From the NCBI RefSeq assembly GCF_037042905.1, contig NC_087250.1:19532001-19596000 (forward strand): a DNA stretch of 64,000 bases, read 5' to 3'. The notes beneath the pieces were generated by a model that saw only the letters and a list, made by a program, of their open reading frames with translations, made no database searches and was not told the origin of the DNA. Shown here in pieces: positions 36,177 to 49,659 of the stretch. Each line of letters opens with the position of its first letter. Position 1 is the first letter of the stretch. Source of the stretch: Lytechinus pictus (Eukaryota). The position numbers and the translations under genes were made by a program.

Positions 36177-36928
36177 CCGTAAGTAACGGTCTATTAACCG
36201 CACCTTTTTCTCGGCGGGATAGAAGCAAAAGTCGGGGGTACAGTTTATCCATGGTGACGGGTCTGAGCCAGCCCTTCGTAACCCCTCCTGAACATGTAAG
36301 AAGTCTGCCAGTTCACAACACATCAAGTGGCCGGGCGTAGCCGCCCAGGGCATTGTCGTTTAGAGTGGTATGAGCCGCGGGTAATGAGAAGCGATTATTA
36401 CGATCTTATCAAATATTGTCCATAACAAACGCACCCACCTTCATGACACTAATTTCGACTTTATTCTCGGTTCAAAGCAGCGAAGTTCCAAGATTCATGC
36501 TAAGACATCGAATGCTAGACAAATTCTGAAAGTGATTGTGAGTTTGTGATGCAAGAAATGTGAATGTTTCTTCCTCCTACGCCGGGAAAGACACAGATCA
36601 TTATTTGATAAGATGTACTGGTAGTGGTACTGTATCGTAGTTTGCAATGTACAAGAACGGCAGTGCTGTGTGTGTGTGCACTGTGACTGTGAGTGTGTAA
36701 GTGGCCAATATTGTCGGGACCTTTCTTTCTTGCTAACATTTGTAGATGAATTGATCAAGAACAGCAGATTTCCGCATACCGGTAATCTCTTTGGATACCT
36801 TGAAATCTTTAACTTAGTTTTTGTTTCTTCGTACCTCAAATATAAATGTGAGTTTTTTTGTTTTTTTTTAGTCCAAAGTTGAGGGTGCGATTAATCCACA
36901 GGTGCGGTTTATAGTCCGTTACTTACGG
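36177..36928. mobile_element. Tc1/mariner-type non-autonomous element, TA TSD
   Basis: TA|CCGTAAGTAACGG...CCGTTACTTACGG|TA. Confidence 0.85.
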
Positions 36929-38149
36929 TATGTCCAGCACCTCAAAAGTCATAATTTTGAGATAAAAGTCATAATTTCATATATGCCATGCGGTACTATA
37001 AATTTCTTAGAAGAGGCAATACATAAATGGAACAGATGCACAATGCTCATAAATACCAAGTTTGCCAACCTTACAGGATGGTTGTCAGGTATATTTATCT
37101 AGGGTGCTACATGTACATTACATTTGTGACGCACTAGCTTGTTGCATAGTCAGGCAAGTAAATTTTACAACTGTGCAAAGTATTACCATGTGTGTATTAG
37201 ATGTGCACATGCATATTCTACCCCAAAAGCCTAATAATTAAGGTCAAAAGCATAATGGCATAATTTGGTATGAAAATTATGACCTGTTCTTAATAGTTGG
37301 AAGCTCTGCACAGGTGAAAAAGATTTCATGAATGAGATGACCATGTCCCCAAAGTAACAGATTCATCATCTTTCTTCTTTCCACACACGCCAATTTTAAG
37401 TTTAAATTTTTCGAGAAACAAATTGCTCCGAAATTTGGTCACTAGGCAACTAAAGAGAGTGTTATGTGTGGCTGCATCCGCAGTTTTGTAAGGGATTCAT
37501 ATCCCACTGATTTTGTACATAATACCTGTTGAAAGATTCCGCATTCGTAATACAAATATTTGACTTTCGGAGTGTATCCATCTTATGCACTAAATTCAGC
37601 CAACTAAATACATAAGTCTGCATTAATGTACAAAGGAATAATTTTAAACCCTGTTCAAACAGCCGTTAAATGCACAAATGTTTACCTATTTTGACTCCCG
37701 TTTAACCATATATAGATCTAGGGCCGGGGGGTGGGGGGGAACCTTCCCCTTAATTTGCTGAAATATCACATTTTATATTTTTATGTTCATGAAATGGCCA
37801 TCTATTTTCCATATTTCCTTGAAATTGTTTCTAGTAGGAAACTACCAAAATTGAAGATTTACCTCTTTCTTGACTCTGAAGATTGTTTTATGTTAAACTT
37901 AGCCAAGACCATGAAAGTCTACATATGGGACTACATGCAGACTTTCGTGGTGTTGACCGACAGACCGTGTAAAACAAAAACCGATTGAAACGGTCAACGA
38001 TCGTTTTCAATTGTTGTTTCACTCTTGCAGCATATCAACACACTAACTTTATTCATATTAAATAAGGAACCTTACATGAATACTCGTATCAATAGATTGT
38101 CACAAAACTTCAACATAACGGAATGTACTTGAAGAGACTCGTGTAAAAC

Positions 38150-38290
38150 ATCATGGTCCAGTGGTCCTGGATCTCGTCTTTGATACCGATGGGCCTAGGT
38201 TCAGATCCCAGCCATACCACTTATTTTGCGTCTGCAAGAATTCATCCTGCTTGTGCTGCACTCGATCCAGGGGAGCACTGGTACGTGGCA
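38150..38290 (+). mobile_element. Degenerate tRNA-derived SINE head
   Basis: A-box-like TGGTCCAGTGG and B-box-like GGTTCAGATCC, followed by a SINE core-like CTCGATCCAGG. Confidence 0.5.
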
Positions 38291-38523
38291 GGATCGAGTG
38301 GTTGCATGCCAGGAGTGAGTGCTGGAAGCTTGCCGCTCGAGCTAAAGCCGGGAAATGAATGATAGCCATTTCTGCAACTTTGGAAAGTTGATCAGATGAA
38401 GGCATGCTTGGTCCTTGGAATTATTTGGCTTGTGAATCACTTCGACTGTAAGTCGACATAAAACCAATCCTGTGAATTGGATGTGAAAGTCATGAGTCAA
38501 TGGGCGTGGCAGGTGGAGGGGTA

Positions 38524-38608
38524 TCATATATACCCTATCGGATCCAGCATTCCCTCCCAATTAGGCTTGCAGTAACAGCGGACTTGGTTGACAGAACCGG
38601 TATCATGG
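38524..38608 (-). CDS. Gene 2 terminal coding exon
   Basis: TTTTTAG| acceptor, phase fits, ends in TGA. Confidence 0.75.
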
Positions 38609-41600
38609 CTAAAAATGAACAAGAAAGTGATATTAATGGAAATATCATGTGAGGTGTGGTTGTGGTATGAAATAACTGTGATCTTTTGAATCTTAAAGTT
38701 TGTGGTGACATAAAGACATCATCATCGTCGTCAAACTATCATCATTGACTACGGTATCACAAATTATAAATCATCATAATCATTATCATCATCGAAACCA
38801 ATTTCATCAACACCTCCATCATCATCACCACCATCATCATCACCATCGTGATCATTATCATCGCCATCATTATCATCATCGTCATCATTATCATCACCAC
38901 CATCAATCATCATCATCTAATCATCATTATCATCAGTCATCACCACCAAAATCATCATCATTACCACCACCACCACTACCAACATCATCAACAGCAACAT
39001 CAATATCAACACCAACATCAATATCATCACCATCATCACCACCGCACTTCCTCTCCCTCCTCCTCCTCCCCATCATCACTGAACTCACCCAGCCATCGGT
39101 ACCGGTATATCACTGCAATGATACTGGAATGGATCCGGAACATAGTCAGACTCCATGGCAATACGAGCCTGCTCTAACTCATCCTCCATTTTCAGATGAT
39201 TTTCTTGAGGAAGCGCCCAGTAGTCGTTACTTTCAACGTCCATAGACTGCAAATATATATCAAAAATATTGTTAAAGGACAAGTCTACCCCAACAATAAC
39301 TTGATTTGAATAAAAAGAGAAAAATCCAACAAGCATAATGCTGAAAATTTCATCAAAATCGGATGTAAAATAAGAAAGTTATGACAATATAAAGTTTCAC
39401 TTCATTTCACAAAACAGTTATATGCACATCTCGGTTGGTATGCAAATGAGGGAACTGATGACATCACTCACTCACTATTTCTTTTGTATTTTATTATATG
39501 AAATATTTTTATTTTCTCTTCATTGTCATGTGAAACGAAGTTTCACTCCTCCCTGAACATGTGGAATTCCATTATTTTAACATTTTGTGGTTCAGGCAAG
39601 GAGGTCCTAATTGTCAAATTCATAAAAATTGAAATATTGTATAATTCAAACAATAAAAAACAAAAGAAATAGTGAGTGAGTGACATCATTGAATCTCTAA
39701 TTTGGATGTAACTGACTCGTTCAGAATATAACTATCTTGTGGAAAAATAACGAAACTTTAAAATGTCATAACTTTCTTATTTTACATCCGATTTTGATGA
39801 AATTTTCAGCATTGTGCTCGTCTGATTTTTCTATATTGATTCAAATCAACATTATTCTCAGGTGGACTTGACCTTTAACTTTGCAAAATAAATCATTTCA
39901 TAACAACTGCTTTTAAAATATTTCCCCAATTCAGTGGATTCACAACACAGTGCGCCACCTATCGGTTGCAACGGACAGGCCGGAATTCGAAATGCCTCAT
40001 GGGGAAAAGTCGGCATCGAAATCATTGCAATGGACGGTAAACACACACAAAGTCACATTACAGTACACAGGCACTGTGCGATGCCTGCAATGTCAACCCC
40101 GAAGTTAGTATTGGCATGTCCGTTGCAACCGATAGGTACATGTAGCGCACCGTATTGTGAATCCACCAAATTCAAGATTATGTGATCATTGGGCCATTTC
40201 ATGAACGTCTTCAGCTCTGACATGTAGTCTTTTTCTCCGACAGTTACCACAGTAACAAACAGAGGCCAGTGCTTCTTTGCCAATCAAGACCAAGGATTTC
40301 AGTCAGCGCTGCCAATTTTAAGTCAGTGCCGACAACTTTCATGAAATGCCCCCGGGACCCACTCTAGTCTGCAGACACAGACCCTGATTGAAACTTGTTC
40401 ATGAAGACCGCCTTGCTCATAAACGCTTTTCTAATCACCATTAGGTGGTCTTCACAAACAGGTATGAAAGCGTTATTTCAATTATGTAATTTTCAGTTAG
40501 CACTTACCTTCATATACTGGAGTTGTGATTGTAATTGATCTACCCTTGCTCGTAGACATGCCTGCCTCGCCTGTGCAAGCTCAGGAGTTCGGACTTGTTT
40601 CTATAAGAACAAGGAAACGTTGCCAAGGTCAACAAAGCTTTACAACATATAGGACCTGGGAAAACATTACAACGGGGCTTGGGACGATTTAGCCAATGAA
40701 ATGCTCAAAACAACCCTGGAAAATCCCTCTTCATTGCAATGTTAAAGCATATCCAGTATTGCAGATTTATGGAGTATTCATTAGGTTGTGAAAAGTTATG
40801 GCTATTTATGCAGCCCCATCATATTTCACCATATTTTAAATTTGATTTTCAAAGATTGCTGTATTATCTAATTCTGATGAATGATGCCCTGTCTGATTTA
40901 TATACTGTGTTATATTGTTTTTGTATCATGACCAAATGTGAAATACGTAAAATAGAATTAATCAATCAATCAAATGTAGCACCCTAAAAACAATATTTGT
41001 CATAATTCATTACATTGATCAATGTTACATAGTGAAGCGCAAACAATTGTTAAAATTAATCTTATGATCAAATGCCAGTGGTGAAATAATGAATAATTTC
41101 AAAAAGTCATTTTTTCTGTCATATGTGATGATTACATTTTAGTTAAATGGCTTTTAGATGTATTTAGGAATGGCAGTACATACAGCATAATCAGCATGAA
41201 TGGAACCATCTTATCTTCATCTTTCTAGGGGGTGTTGCAAGAAAATATTTGCGATCAATGGCAAATATTCTGTTGCAATTTTACAAATGATAGATCAACG
41301 TTAGTTATAAAATAAGCAAATCAGATTAACCCTAATTCTCCCGGGGGGGGGGCCATAATGGCCCCCCCCTCGACAATTTTCGCGATATATCCGCTGCGCA
41401 AAATTTTTTGACCTCGCCGCTCACTGACTTTTTACTTTCAAGTCTCACGCAAATTTTGAGACCAAATTTGTGACGCCCGGATACGCGGTTACGACATTAC
41501 GCAACATTATGTAAGTGCATGTCAGACCCAAAATTGCTCATAAACGTGATTTCATGTACAAATCCAATGCAAATTGTGTATTTAGCCAAAATTCATAAAT

Positions 41601-44600
41601 GTATCATTATTTCTACTTTTACTGATTGAATTTAATTAATTTTGCCTTGCTTATGATCAGAATTAAGTCTGGAACGATTTCCATTGAAAAAACAATAAAA
41701 AACAAAAAGTAAAAAAAACAAGGAAATACATAAGAAATTCATAAAACAATAAAATACATAAGAAATTGATTTCCAAACCGAAGTTTTTTTTAATTGCGAT
41801 TGTTAAGAATGCTACAAAGAATATTTTAACCAAAAATTAGCATTCTAGGAGCTTTATTTAGTGAATTAGAGCAAAAAGTATGATTTATGCATAAATTAGC
41901 ATAATTAATTCATATAAAATAAAATCTCATTATTTTGGAAAATTTTACCATACAGCCTTGTAGATTACATCGCACACAACCAGCATGCAAATTTTTGCGT
42001 CGCTCGAGCGATCAGCGGCCGAGATCTTAAGGGGGGGCCATAATGGCCCCCCCCCGGGAATGACAAGAATCAAAATACCCCGGGTGATTGAGGGTTAAAC
42101 TTCTTGTTTCAAGGAGCAGATTAACAATTAATCACTGATTTGCAATTAACTGCAAGACATATGATTGATTTAGGGACCAAAAATAAACTTGCGATTGATC
42201 GCAAGTTTCTTGCAACACCCATAAGTGTCTCCTGAAGGACAGAGGTCAGCATCAACTCACCTCTAACTGCTTCTGGATGTCATCTGGGGTCGGTGACCAG
42301 CGGTCAATCTCGACCCTTGGCAGTATCTGCAGTGCTTCCTCTTCCGTACCCCAGCCAAGTCTCTCCTCCCCGCCCCCTTGGCAAGGTCCACCCTCCCCCG
42401 TCGCCCCTCTGTCCGTATCAGCATTGTCCCCACCCTGGCATGACCGAACAACGGATGACCAACTCGCCAGACGGCCTTCCTGCCAGGAGATCCACTTGGG
42501 GGCGTCCTGCTTCTCTGGCTCTTCGTCCAGTCCCATGCGGTCGCTTTCGTGTTGGTGGAATGATGGTGGCATGTGAGGTACTTGGTGCGTCAACGGTTGG
42601 TTGGTGATGGCTGGGGACGGCATCTCTGGAAGGCAATCGTCGTCCATTGCAAGGTCCGTTGAAGGACATGCCTTTTTGGCTACTGGACAGAACTGTTAAA
42701 ATACAAACCACAAGATAAGTTCTGGGGCGGTATTCTGAAAACGTTCTTATCTTAATTTTGTTCTTATCTACGTCATGATCTCAAATTGGTATTCTGAAAA
42801 CGTTCTTATCTTTTTCTTATCTTTTTCTTATCTTGCTTTCATCCTATGCTGAGCGCGTAAATTTACTACTCGCGCATATAATACAAAAGCGCGCTAAAAA
42901 GATAAGAACAAAATGAAGATAAGTGGTATTCTGAAAACGTTCTTATCTTTTTTCTTTCTTATCTTTCACGATATTTAAGATAATATTTAAGATAGCTAGA
43001 GGGTAATCACATCTCACGATGTACGCGTTCTTTCTTGCTCAAAATCGATGGCCACTAGTAGTAACAAATACCCACAAGTATTCCTCCCACCCTTTCTTTA
43101 ATTTACCCTTTATTTTGCCCGTCTCTTCTTTTCTATCCCTTCTTTCTTTGCTTTTATTTATTTTCTATTTTTCTTCCTTTCTATCTGTCTGTCTTTCTTC
43201 TTTTCTTTCATTCTTCAATTATATATTTTGTTTTATTCTGTTTGAATCTTTCATTTTTTTTTCTTTTGCTTTGTTTCATTTATACTTCATCTTTCTTCCT
43301 TTTTATTTTCCCTTTTCGTTTTATCTCTTTCTTTTTTTCTTTACTGAGTCTTTATTACTGCTTTCCCCCTTTTCTCTTCCTTTCCTTTCCTTTCTTTTTC
43401 CTTTTTCTTTCTTTCTTCCTTCATTTATTTGTAATCTTTTTTTTTTCTTCCTTATTTTTTCTTTAATTCTTTCGTTTTATATATGCTTTTCATTTTTTTT
43501 TATCATTGATTTTATTTTTCTCCCTTTTTCTTTTTCTTCCTTCCCTTAATTCTTAATTTTTCTTTCTTAATTTTTTTTATTTCTGCTTTCTGACACTTTT
43601 TGTGTCTTTTTTTACTTTCTTTCTTTTTTTTCTTTATTTCGCTCATTTTTTGTTCGTTCTTCATTTACTATTTGTCTTTACTTTCTTTCTTCTCTCTGTC
43701 TTTCTTTTATTAACTTTTTCTTTATTCTTTCCATTGATGTTATTTTTCGTTTTCTTTTCCTAACTTTTTATTTTCCCTTTTCTTTTTTTGTTCTTTCTTT
43801 CTTTCTTTCTTTGAATTTAGCTTTGTTTCCTTTAGCTTTTTGTAGTCTTCATGTTTGCGTTAATTTTCCTTTCATTTTTTCTCTCTCATCTGTTTCATTT
43901 TCCTTTTTTTCTTCCTTCACTTTTTAAATTTTTATTCCCTTTTTCTCTCTTTCTTTCTTTTTTATCTTTCTAACTTTCTTTTATTCGTTTTTTTTCAAAC
44001 CTTTTTTCCTTTTCGGTTCCTTGTTACTTAATTTTTTTTTTTTAGTCTGACCTTTTTCTTTTTTGTTCCTTTTATAGATTCGTTCTTTTCTTTATTTTTT
44101 CTTTATTTTTTTCCCTTCACTTTATCATTGATAATTGTTCTATTTATTTCTTCTTTTATTCATTCTTTTTTCTTTTTGAGTTATTTTGCTTGCTTTCTTT
44201 TGTTTATTCTATTTTTTTTCATTTTTCTGCTTTGTTCCTTTCATCTTTTTTTTCTGCTTCATTCTGACCCTTTTCTGTCTTCTTACTTCAATACCTACTT
44301 ACTTTCTTTCTTCATATTTTATTCCTTATTCGTACCTGCTTTATTTACTTTTCTGTCTTTATTTTGTGCACGTGGACGTCTCAAAATAATAAAATCAGTC
44401 ATTGCGTACAAAATGCCTATTTCGCGCAATGCGCCAGAAACAGTGTACGCGCAGTGCCCATGATATTCTCTTCACATAAGGAACGCTTCTATTGGTTAAA
44501 CTGCCAATATAAAGCGCATTTTGATTGGTAATATCCTAAAAATGGGCGTGTTGAAGATAAGAAGGAGGCAGTCCTTACAGAGATAAGAACGCGTTAAGAA

Positions 44601-45796
44601 GATTTTCAGAATACCGATTTGCAATGATTTTAGCGTCTTCTTATCTCAGTGAGATACGATAAAAGATAAGAACAAAGATAAGAACGTTTTCAGAATACCA
44701 CCCCTGGTGTTCCAATAAGTAAATCAGTAATCAAACATTGAAGGTGTCTGAATCATGGCCGTAGGGGGTAGTGGGGCACTTGCCCCCCCCCCCCCCCAAA
44801 AAAAAAAAAAAATGAGTTGTCCCTCTTTCACTGAAATCTTCACAAAATTCACAAAAAGTGTTCAATAAGTCTTTCAATTTCACTTTTGAAAATGACAAGC
44901 TCGGTGGCTTTGCTCCCTTGCTTTGAGGTAAATTTTTCAAAATGTTATGTGTATAGACCCCCACCCCCCCCCCCCCCAGGAAGAAATTCTGATTATGGCC
45001 AAGGTCTGAATAAAATGATTGGGGTGGGGGCTGTTTGCAATAAATACTCACAACCAGCGATCATTTTGGGGCTATATGAGATACCCCAAATTTTTTTTTT
45101 TTTTTTTACATAATGGGATTGGAATAAGCCCCAATCAAACTTTCAAAATCAGAATATTGAATTCCCCAATTGGATAAATTACAATGTCAATTTGAAAAAA
45201 AAGATAAGATCTAAAATTCAGCTAATGTGATTACAAATAATTGAGAATCTCACTCGTAGGGACAGACAATTATTTATTTCCATTTAAATATCTAAAAGTA
45301 AAAATCTAATCTGAAAATCTTCTTGGTTCTTTGCATTTAATATCAAAATTCATTGAATTAACCTTTGAAAAAAAAATCATATTCTTGCTGCATGTACATT
45401 TTCCATGACAAAATAGAGCTTCCATTTAAGATCAAGTATGAAATAGAATTTAAGTTTTCAGAAATGGAAAAGACCATTTTTTTTTTCAAATTAAAAATCA
45501 CATCCCTAGATTGAATATACTGTCCTAGCTTAAATTTTGAGACCACTATATATGGAATAGTGACCGTGCTAAAAAAATGTTGGCATTTATTAAGGCCTGC
45601 TCTCTTCCGTCATTACATCAGTTCCAAGAAATTGTTATGTATTATTAAAGGGAGTAAATCCCTACTATACCTGATCATGTGGCTCCACATCATGGTTGAA
45701 ATTGGATTTCCTCTTGGTCCCATACATTCCAAACAACGTCTTGTTCATGGTCCAACTTGGGGGCACCCCTATCTGATCACACGATGAAACTTCCAT
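38524..45796 (-). CDS. Uncharacterised protein (about 297 aa), coding exons 45796-45671, 42692-42261, 40600-40508, 39246-39089, 38608-38524
   Basis: GT-AG introns with phases 0,0,0,2; 894 nt in total. Reads MEVSSCDQ...KRKSNF...FCPVAKKACP...LRARVDQLQSQLQYMK...VRCYCKPNWEGMLDPIGYI*. No family recognised. Confidence 0.78.
38715..39080. repeat. (CAT/CAC)n microsatellite in the last intron of gene 2
   Basis: Direct reading. Confidence 0.9.
39089..39246 (-). CDS. Gene 2 exon
   Basis: TTTGCAG| acceptor, GG|GTGAGT donor, phase 2. Confidence 0.8.
39272..39878. mobile_element. TTAA-flanked MITE, family A
   Basis: Long imperfect TIRs and TTAA ends; matches 2405-3043. Confidence 0.85.
40508..40600 (-). 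CDS. Gene 2 exon (KQVRTPELAQARQACLRARVDQLQSQLQYMK)
   Basis: TTCTTATAG| acceptor, AAG|GTAAGT donor, 93 nt. Confidence 0.8.
41330..42094. mobile_element. piggyBac-type MITE nested in a GGGTGTTGCAAGAAA MITE (about 41229-42220); fragments at about 2130-2402, 5922-6150 and 59368-59715
   Basis: TTAA|CCCT...AGGG|TTAA. Confidence 0.85.
42261..42692 (-). CDS. Gene 2 exon
   Basis: TTTTAACAG| acceptor, GAG|GTGAGT donor; GC-rich open frame. Confidence 0.82.
42725..44703. mobile_element. PIF/Harbinger-like non-autonomous element with a 1.3-kb pyrimidine/T-rich core
   Basis: GGGCGGTATTCTGAAAACGTTCTTATCTT / AAGATAAGAACGTTTTCAGAATACCACCC; CTG TSD. Confidence 0.85.
45671..45796 (-). CDS. Gene 2 first coding exon
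   Basis: ATG at 45796, 42 codons, CAG|GTATAG donor. Confidence 0.65.
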
Positions 45797-47378
45797 CGTT
45801 AGCACCAATCTTGATCAAATGAGTCAAAGAAAACACAAATTCATATTCTAGACAGGTTCAAATATTCAAATTGTCAGTTATTAAACTTTTTATTGATATT
45901 ATCAGAGAAAATTTCTTTGCATCATATATCGAGTGCAGAGCTTAGGCACCTCATGCTTTTGCCAAAAAGGCAAAAACTAAATTGAAATCTTCCAATATTT
46001 TTTCTTTCTCTAATTAAGAGATTTTGTGGGATACATTTTTACTCTCCACCAGAGGGCCTGTCAAAAACAGCACTCTACAAGTTTCTAGTGAATTAAAAAA
46101 AAAGACCCCTACTTTTAAAGGGAAGTTAACCTGAAGAAAAGTTTGTTGTAAAAATGTAAGAAAAAATACTAGTAATACAAAATATTGGTGAAGGTTTGAG
46201 AAAAATTAATCAGTCTTATACCCCTTTCATACTACCCTCTTCATTTTTCACCGGCAAACTTCTCCGCCTCGCATTCCTCACTTCCCCGGCGAAGAAAAAA
46301 TGTACCCTTTCGCACTGACATTTCTTCCCCGGCGAAAGTCAACGGGCGATTGCAGAACAAGCGAAAGAAAATTGTAAACGTTACTTCTTACCTATTACAA
46401 AAAGGTATCAAAAAAATTAATTACAACATATTTTGGAAGTATTACGATAAAAACAAACAATATCACCTTGTTTTTATATTTTAGCGCATTTTATACATGT
46501 AAAAAGTGCTTTTTAATAAATATTGTTAGTAAAAAAAAAATTATGTTCGAGGGTATCTACTTGGCCATATAGCATTCAGCTGAGCTTGCAAATATCGCGC
46601 GCGGAATCTCGGTACAGGGGACTTCGGGAGAGAAAAAATTTGACCTCTGACGTCATTAAAGAGGAGAAGTTCTCCGGTTTGCTTTCATACTGGCCTTTTC
46701 ACTGGCGAACTTTGCCGGTGAAACAGTTTCACCGGCGAAGTTCTCCACCTCTAGAGGTGGAGAAGTTCGCCGGCGAACTTTACACATCAAGTTTACAGAC
46801 TGTCCTCATGGTCGGATCTCTTTAATTGCAACCTGTGTCAAGTCAATGACGTCACCAGGGTCACACTTAAACTCACAAACACTACCGTGGCCCCGTGGGG
46901 TAGCACATGCAGCACAGTTCAGAGTATGCATTTGCAAAAAAAAAGACAAAAAAAAAAATTTGCAAAGGCAAGTCATACATGCCAAATTGAAAACAAAAAT
47001 CCCCCCCCCAAACAAAATGCATAATTGACATGTGACAAAACTAACAAAAAAATAATCAGCAAGTAAGGTGGCTATTGAATAAAAATAAACTGAAACCTAA
47101 ACGTGGTAAAACTAAAAGCAGATCTACAGCAGAGCCAAAGTACAGTTGACATGGAGGTTGGGAGTCTTCATCTCATCTGTAAATGACTACGCTACGTCTA
47201 CGAATAATCCAGAACTTTATAACGTTTGGCACCTTACTTGTTATGTTAGATCTACTTCTTAGGAAGCTGGCAGCCGTACTGTTAGGCGTATACTATAGCC
47301 TGGGTCTCCTTCCTGGCTTTAGCCTACTTTAGTACTTAGTCTTAGATCAAAAGCATGAAAAGCTTCGGTCTCTGTTAT

Positions 47379-47830
47379 CAGTAGAGGCGCACGGCCAATA
47401 TTGGAGACTGTCTCCAATGTGGGAGATTATCTCCAATATCAGAGACTTTTGTAAAGAATTTGGGTATCCAATTTCAGAGACGGTCTCCAGTTTTGGAGAC
47501 CAATTTCCTTTGTTTACATTTGCTGCAAAAGGATTACCTTGGCGGCAAATAAAAATGTGATAAGGAGATTCCTCATGAAAAATTACCCTTTTTCACCTTC
47601 TACTTTAAAAATTCACCGTCTACTTTTGTTTTGATAAAGATTTTTGTTGTCAATCACACACAAAACAAATGGGCTTCTGACCTCAGTGAGACAAAATTTT
47701 GGGTTGAAAAAATCATGCTTTTGTTGGTGTTGTTTCTTTTGTCCTTTTGCAAAGCAAGTCTCGAGTCCAATGTGGGAGATTGTCTCCCCTATTGGAGAGA
47801 GTCTCCCATATTGGCCGTGCGCCTCTACTG
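47379..47830. mobile_element. MITE with about 40-bp TIR and 5-bp TSD GTTAT
   Basis: CAGTAGAGGCGCACGGCCAATAT / ATATTGGCCGTGCGCCTCTACTG. Confidence 0.88.
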
Positions 47831-48533
47831 GTTATAATGGTTCTTTTTAAATATTTCTATGAAATAAAAAAGACAAAAAACGAAGAGTCCCGTCGACTAT
47901 CACCATCAGGTTTTTTTGTATACGTAATATTCGTTAACCGGCTTGGCCCTGGCGGCTGCACGATCGCAAACCGTCAGAATATGAGAAATGAAAAAAATTT
48001 AAATTGTTAAAAAAACTCTTCAAAACAGACGGCTGCCAGCTGTCTCAGTCTTAGACTTACTGTAGTCAGAAACAACAGATTTTTAAAAAATCTGCCATTT
48101 CATGCGTTTCTGAGTTCTTCTTCAGTTTAATTCAATTTAAAAAAAGTTATGTACGGTACCGCCACTACCGGTATTATTTTTCCGTATTTAATATAAATAG
48201 GCCTATCACAACGTGTGTCTAACTACGAAGAGGGGCCTGACTAATTCGGAGACAATAAATCTAAAGCTGAAGTTTATCATCAACTGATCGTACACAGAAA
48301 CGTGCTATCGCCGATTCACTTGCATGCATACGAAATCGCACGTGTCCTAAACGGATGCCGAGACTGGACCTCGAGATCACACTCCGCTCACACAAGATTC
48401 AAACAATGGAACGACCACCACAATTACACCAGAAAATAATACCTTTTCACAAGTAAAGTAAATCACTCATTTCGCTTATTTATTCCATCCATTCACCTCA
48501 TGATAAACATTGGTGTTTCATCTAAAAACATAC

Positions 48534-48720
48534 CTGAAATCTCGAATATGTCGGCTATTCCAGACTTCCTTTGTTGTGGTTTCAAAAACTTCCCAGACTG
48601 CGAGCGAGCGCCAAACATCAATCACTTAGAATTGACCAATCACGAGGGGTGTCTTATAAACAGCTGATTGTATTCCTTCAGTACCGCTCATCCGATTGGT
48701 CGGTAGTAGAAGGCGAGGAC
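48534..48720 (-). promoter_or_regulatory. Putative promoter and 5' UTR exon of gene 2
   Basis: CAG|GTATGT donor at 48534/48533 on the - strand; CCAAT boxes near 48637 and 48695; CpG-rich. Confidence 0.55.
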
Positions 48721-49659
48721 GGGCGCTCGACATCAAAGTCAAAGTAGAAGGGGGGGGGGGGATATTTTCTTTCCCCCAATGAAAAACTGAACGGGGACCT
48801 ACTATGACCCAGGCAGACCTATGTGATATTGTGATATGGGGGGGGGGGGGGGGGGGGGGGTAGGTTGGGTAAAATGAAAGGGGGCCGGAGGGTTTGAACC
48901 TTTGGTTTGAACACCTGTAACCCCCCCCCCCTCCGCGTACGCTACTACTGCATGTAGGTAGTGAAACGGGTATTTCTTTAAAAAAAAACTTTGAAGAATA
49001 AGGTGACCCACTTATCTTTTATTTTATTTTATTTTTTATATATTGGGGATCCAACTTCAATTACATAAAGGCCTATCAATTCCCCTACCTATTTTTGGGG
49101 AGAGGACACAAATGGATGACAACATTTACGGAGCACTAGCTGTTTGAAAAAGTGGATTTTGGCAATTAAATTGAACATACTTTTGTTGCCTTTTTGGTGC
49201 TTAATGATGAAAATGTGTAAGAAGTAATATTTTACGATGCCTATAATACTAAACTTGGAGATGACATTTTATGGACAGAATTGGCTCCCCAGTTTTGGTT
49301 ATTTGGCCAAAATTGCCACTTTGGGAAAGTCAGTGTTACGTACAGCGGTCATATTTCAATATTAAATTAATTTTGAGTGAAAACAATGCTTAATTAAATG
49401 ATTGCTATACATATGCCGGCTGTAAATTAAAAACAAATTAGAGGTATTTTCTCTTGCAGGTTGCTCTGATACTAACTTAGTGGCCTGTCATTTGCGATTT
49501 CAGAATACATACTTAATTTATGATGCACAGACGGCTCTTTTTTGAAAGGATATACCCTAATTGTAGAAAAACACCAAACATATAGTTAAATAAATATTTT
49601 TTTTTAGTATAAAAGCAAAACAGTGTTTCATCGAACTATGACAAATACATTTTATTTTC

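Noticed and set aside
38150..38230. tRNA gene
   Set aside because: A/B-box-like motifs only, no full cloverleaf, and it continues into a SINE-like core.
38745..39245. His-rich + strand ORF
   Set aside because: (CAT)n microsatellite plus the antisense of a gene 2 exon.
42418..42711. Overlapping alternative ORF (MSFNGPC...) in the gene 2 exon
   Set aside because: The upstream exon supplies an in-frame start for the other frame, which continues through three more exons.
43019..44463. Phe-rich membrane-protein-like ORFs
   Set aside because: T-rich core of a non-autonomous transposon.
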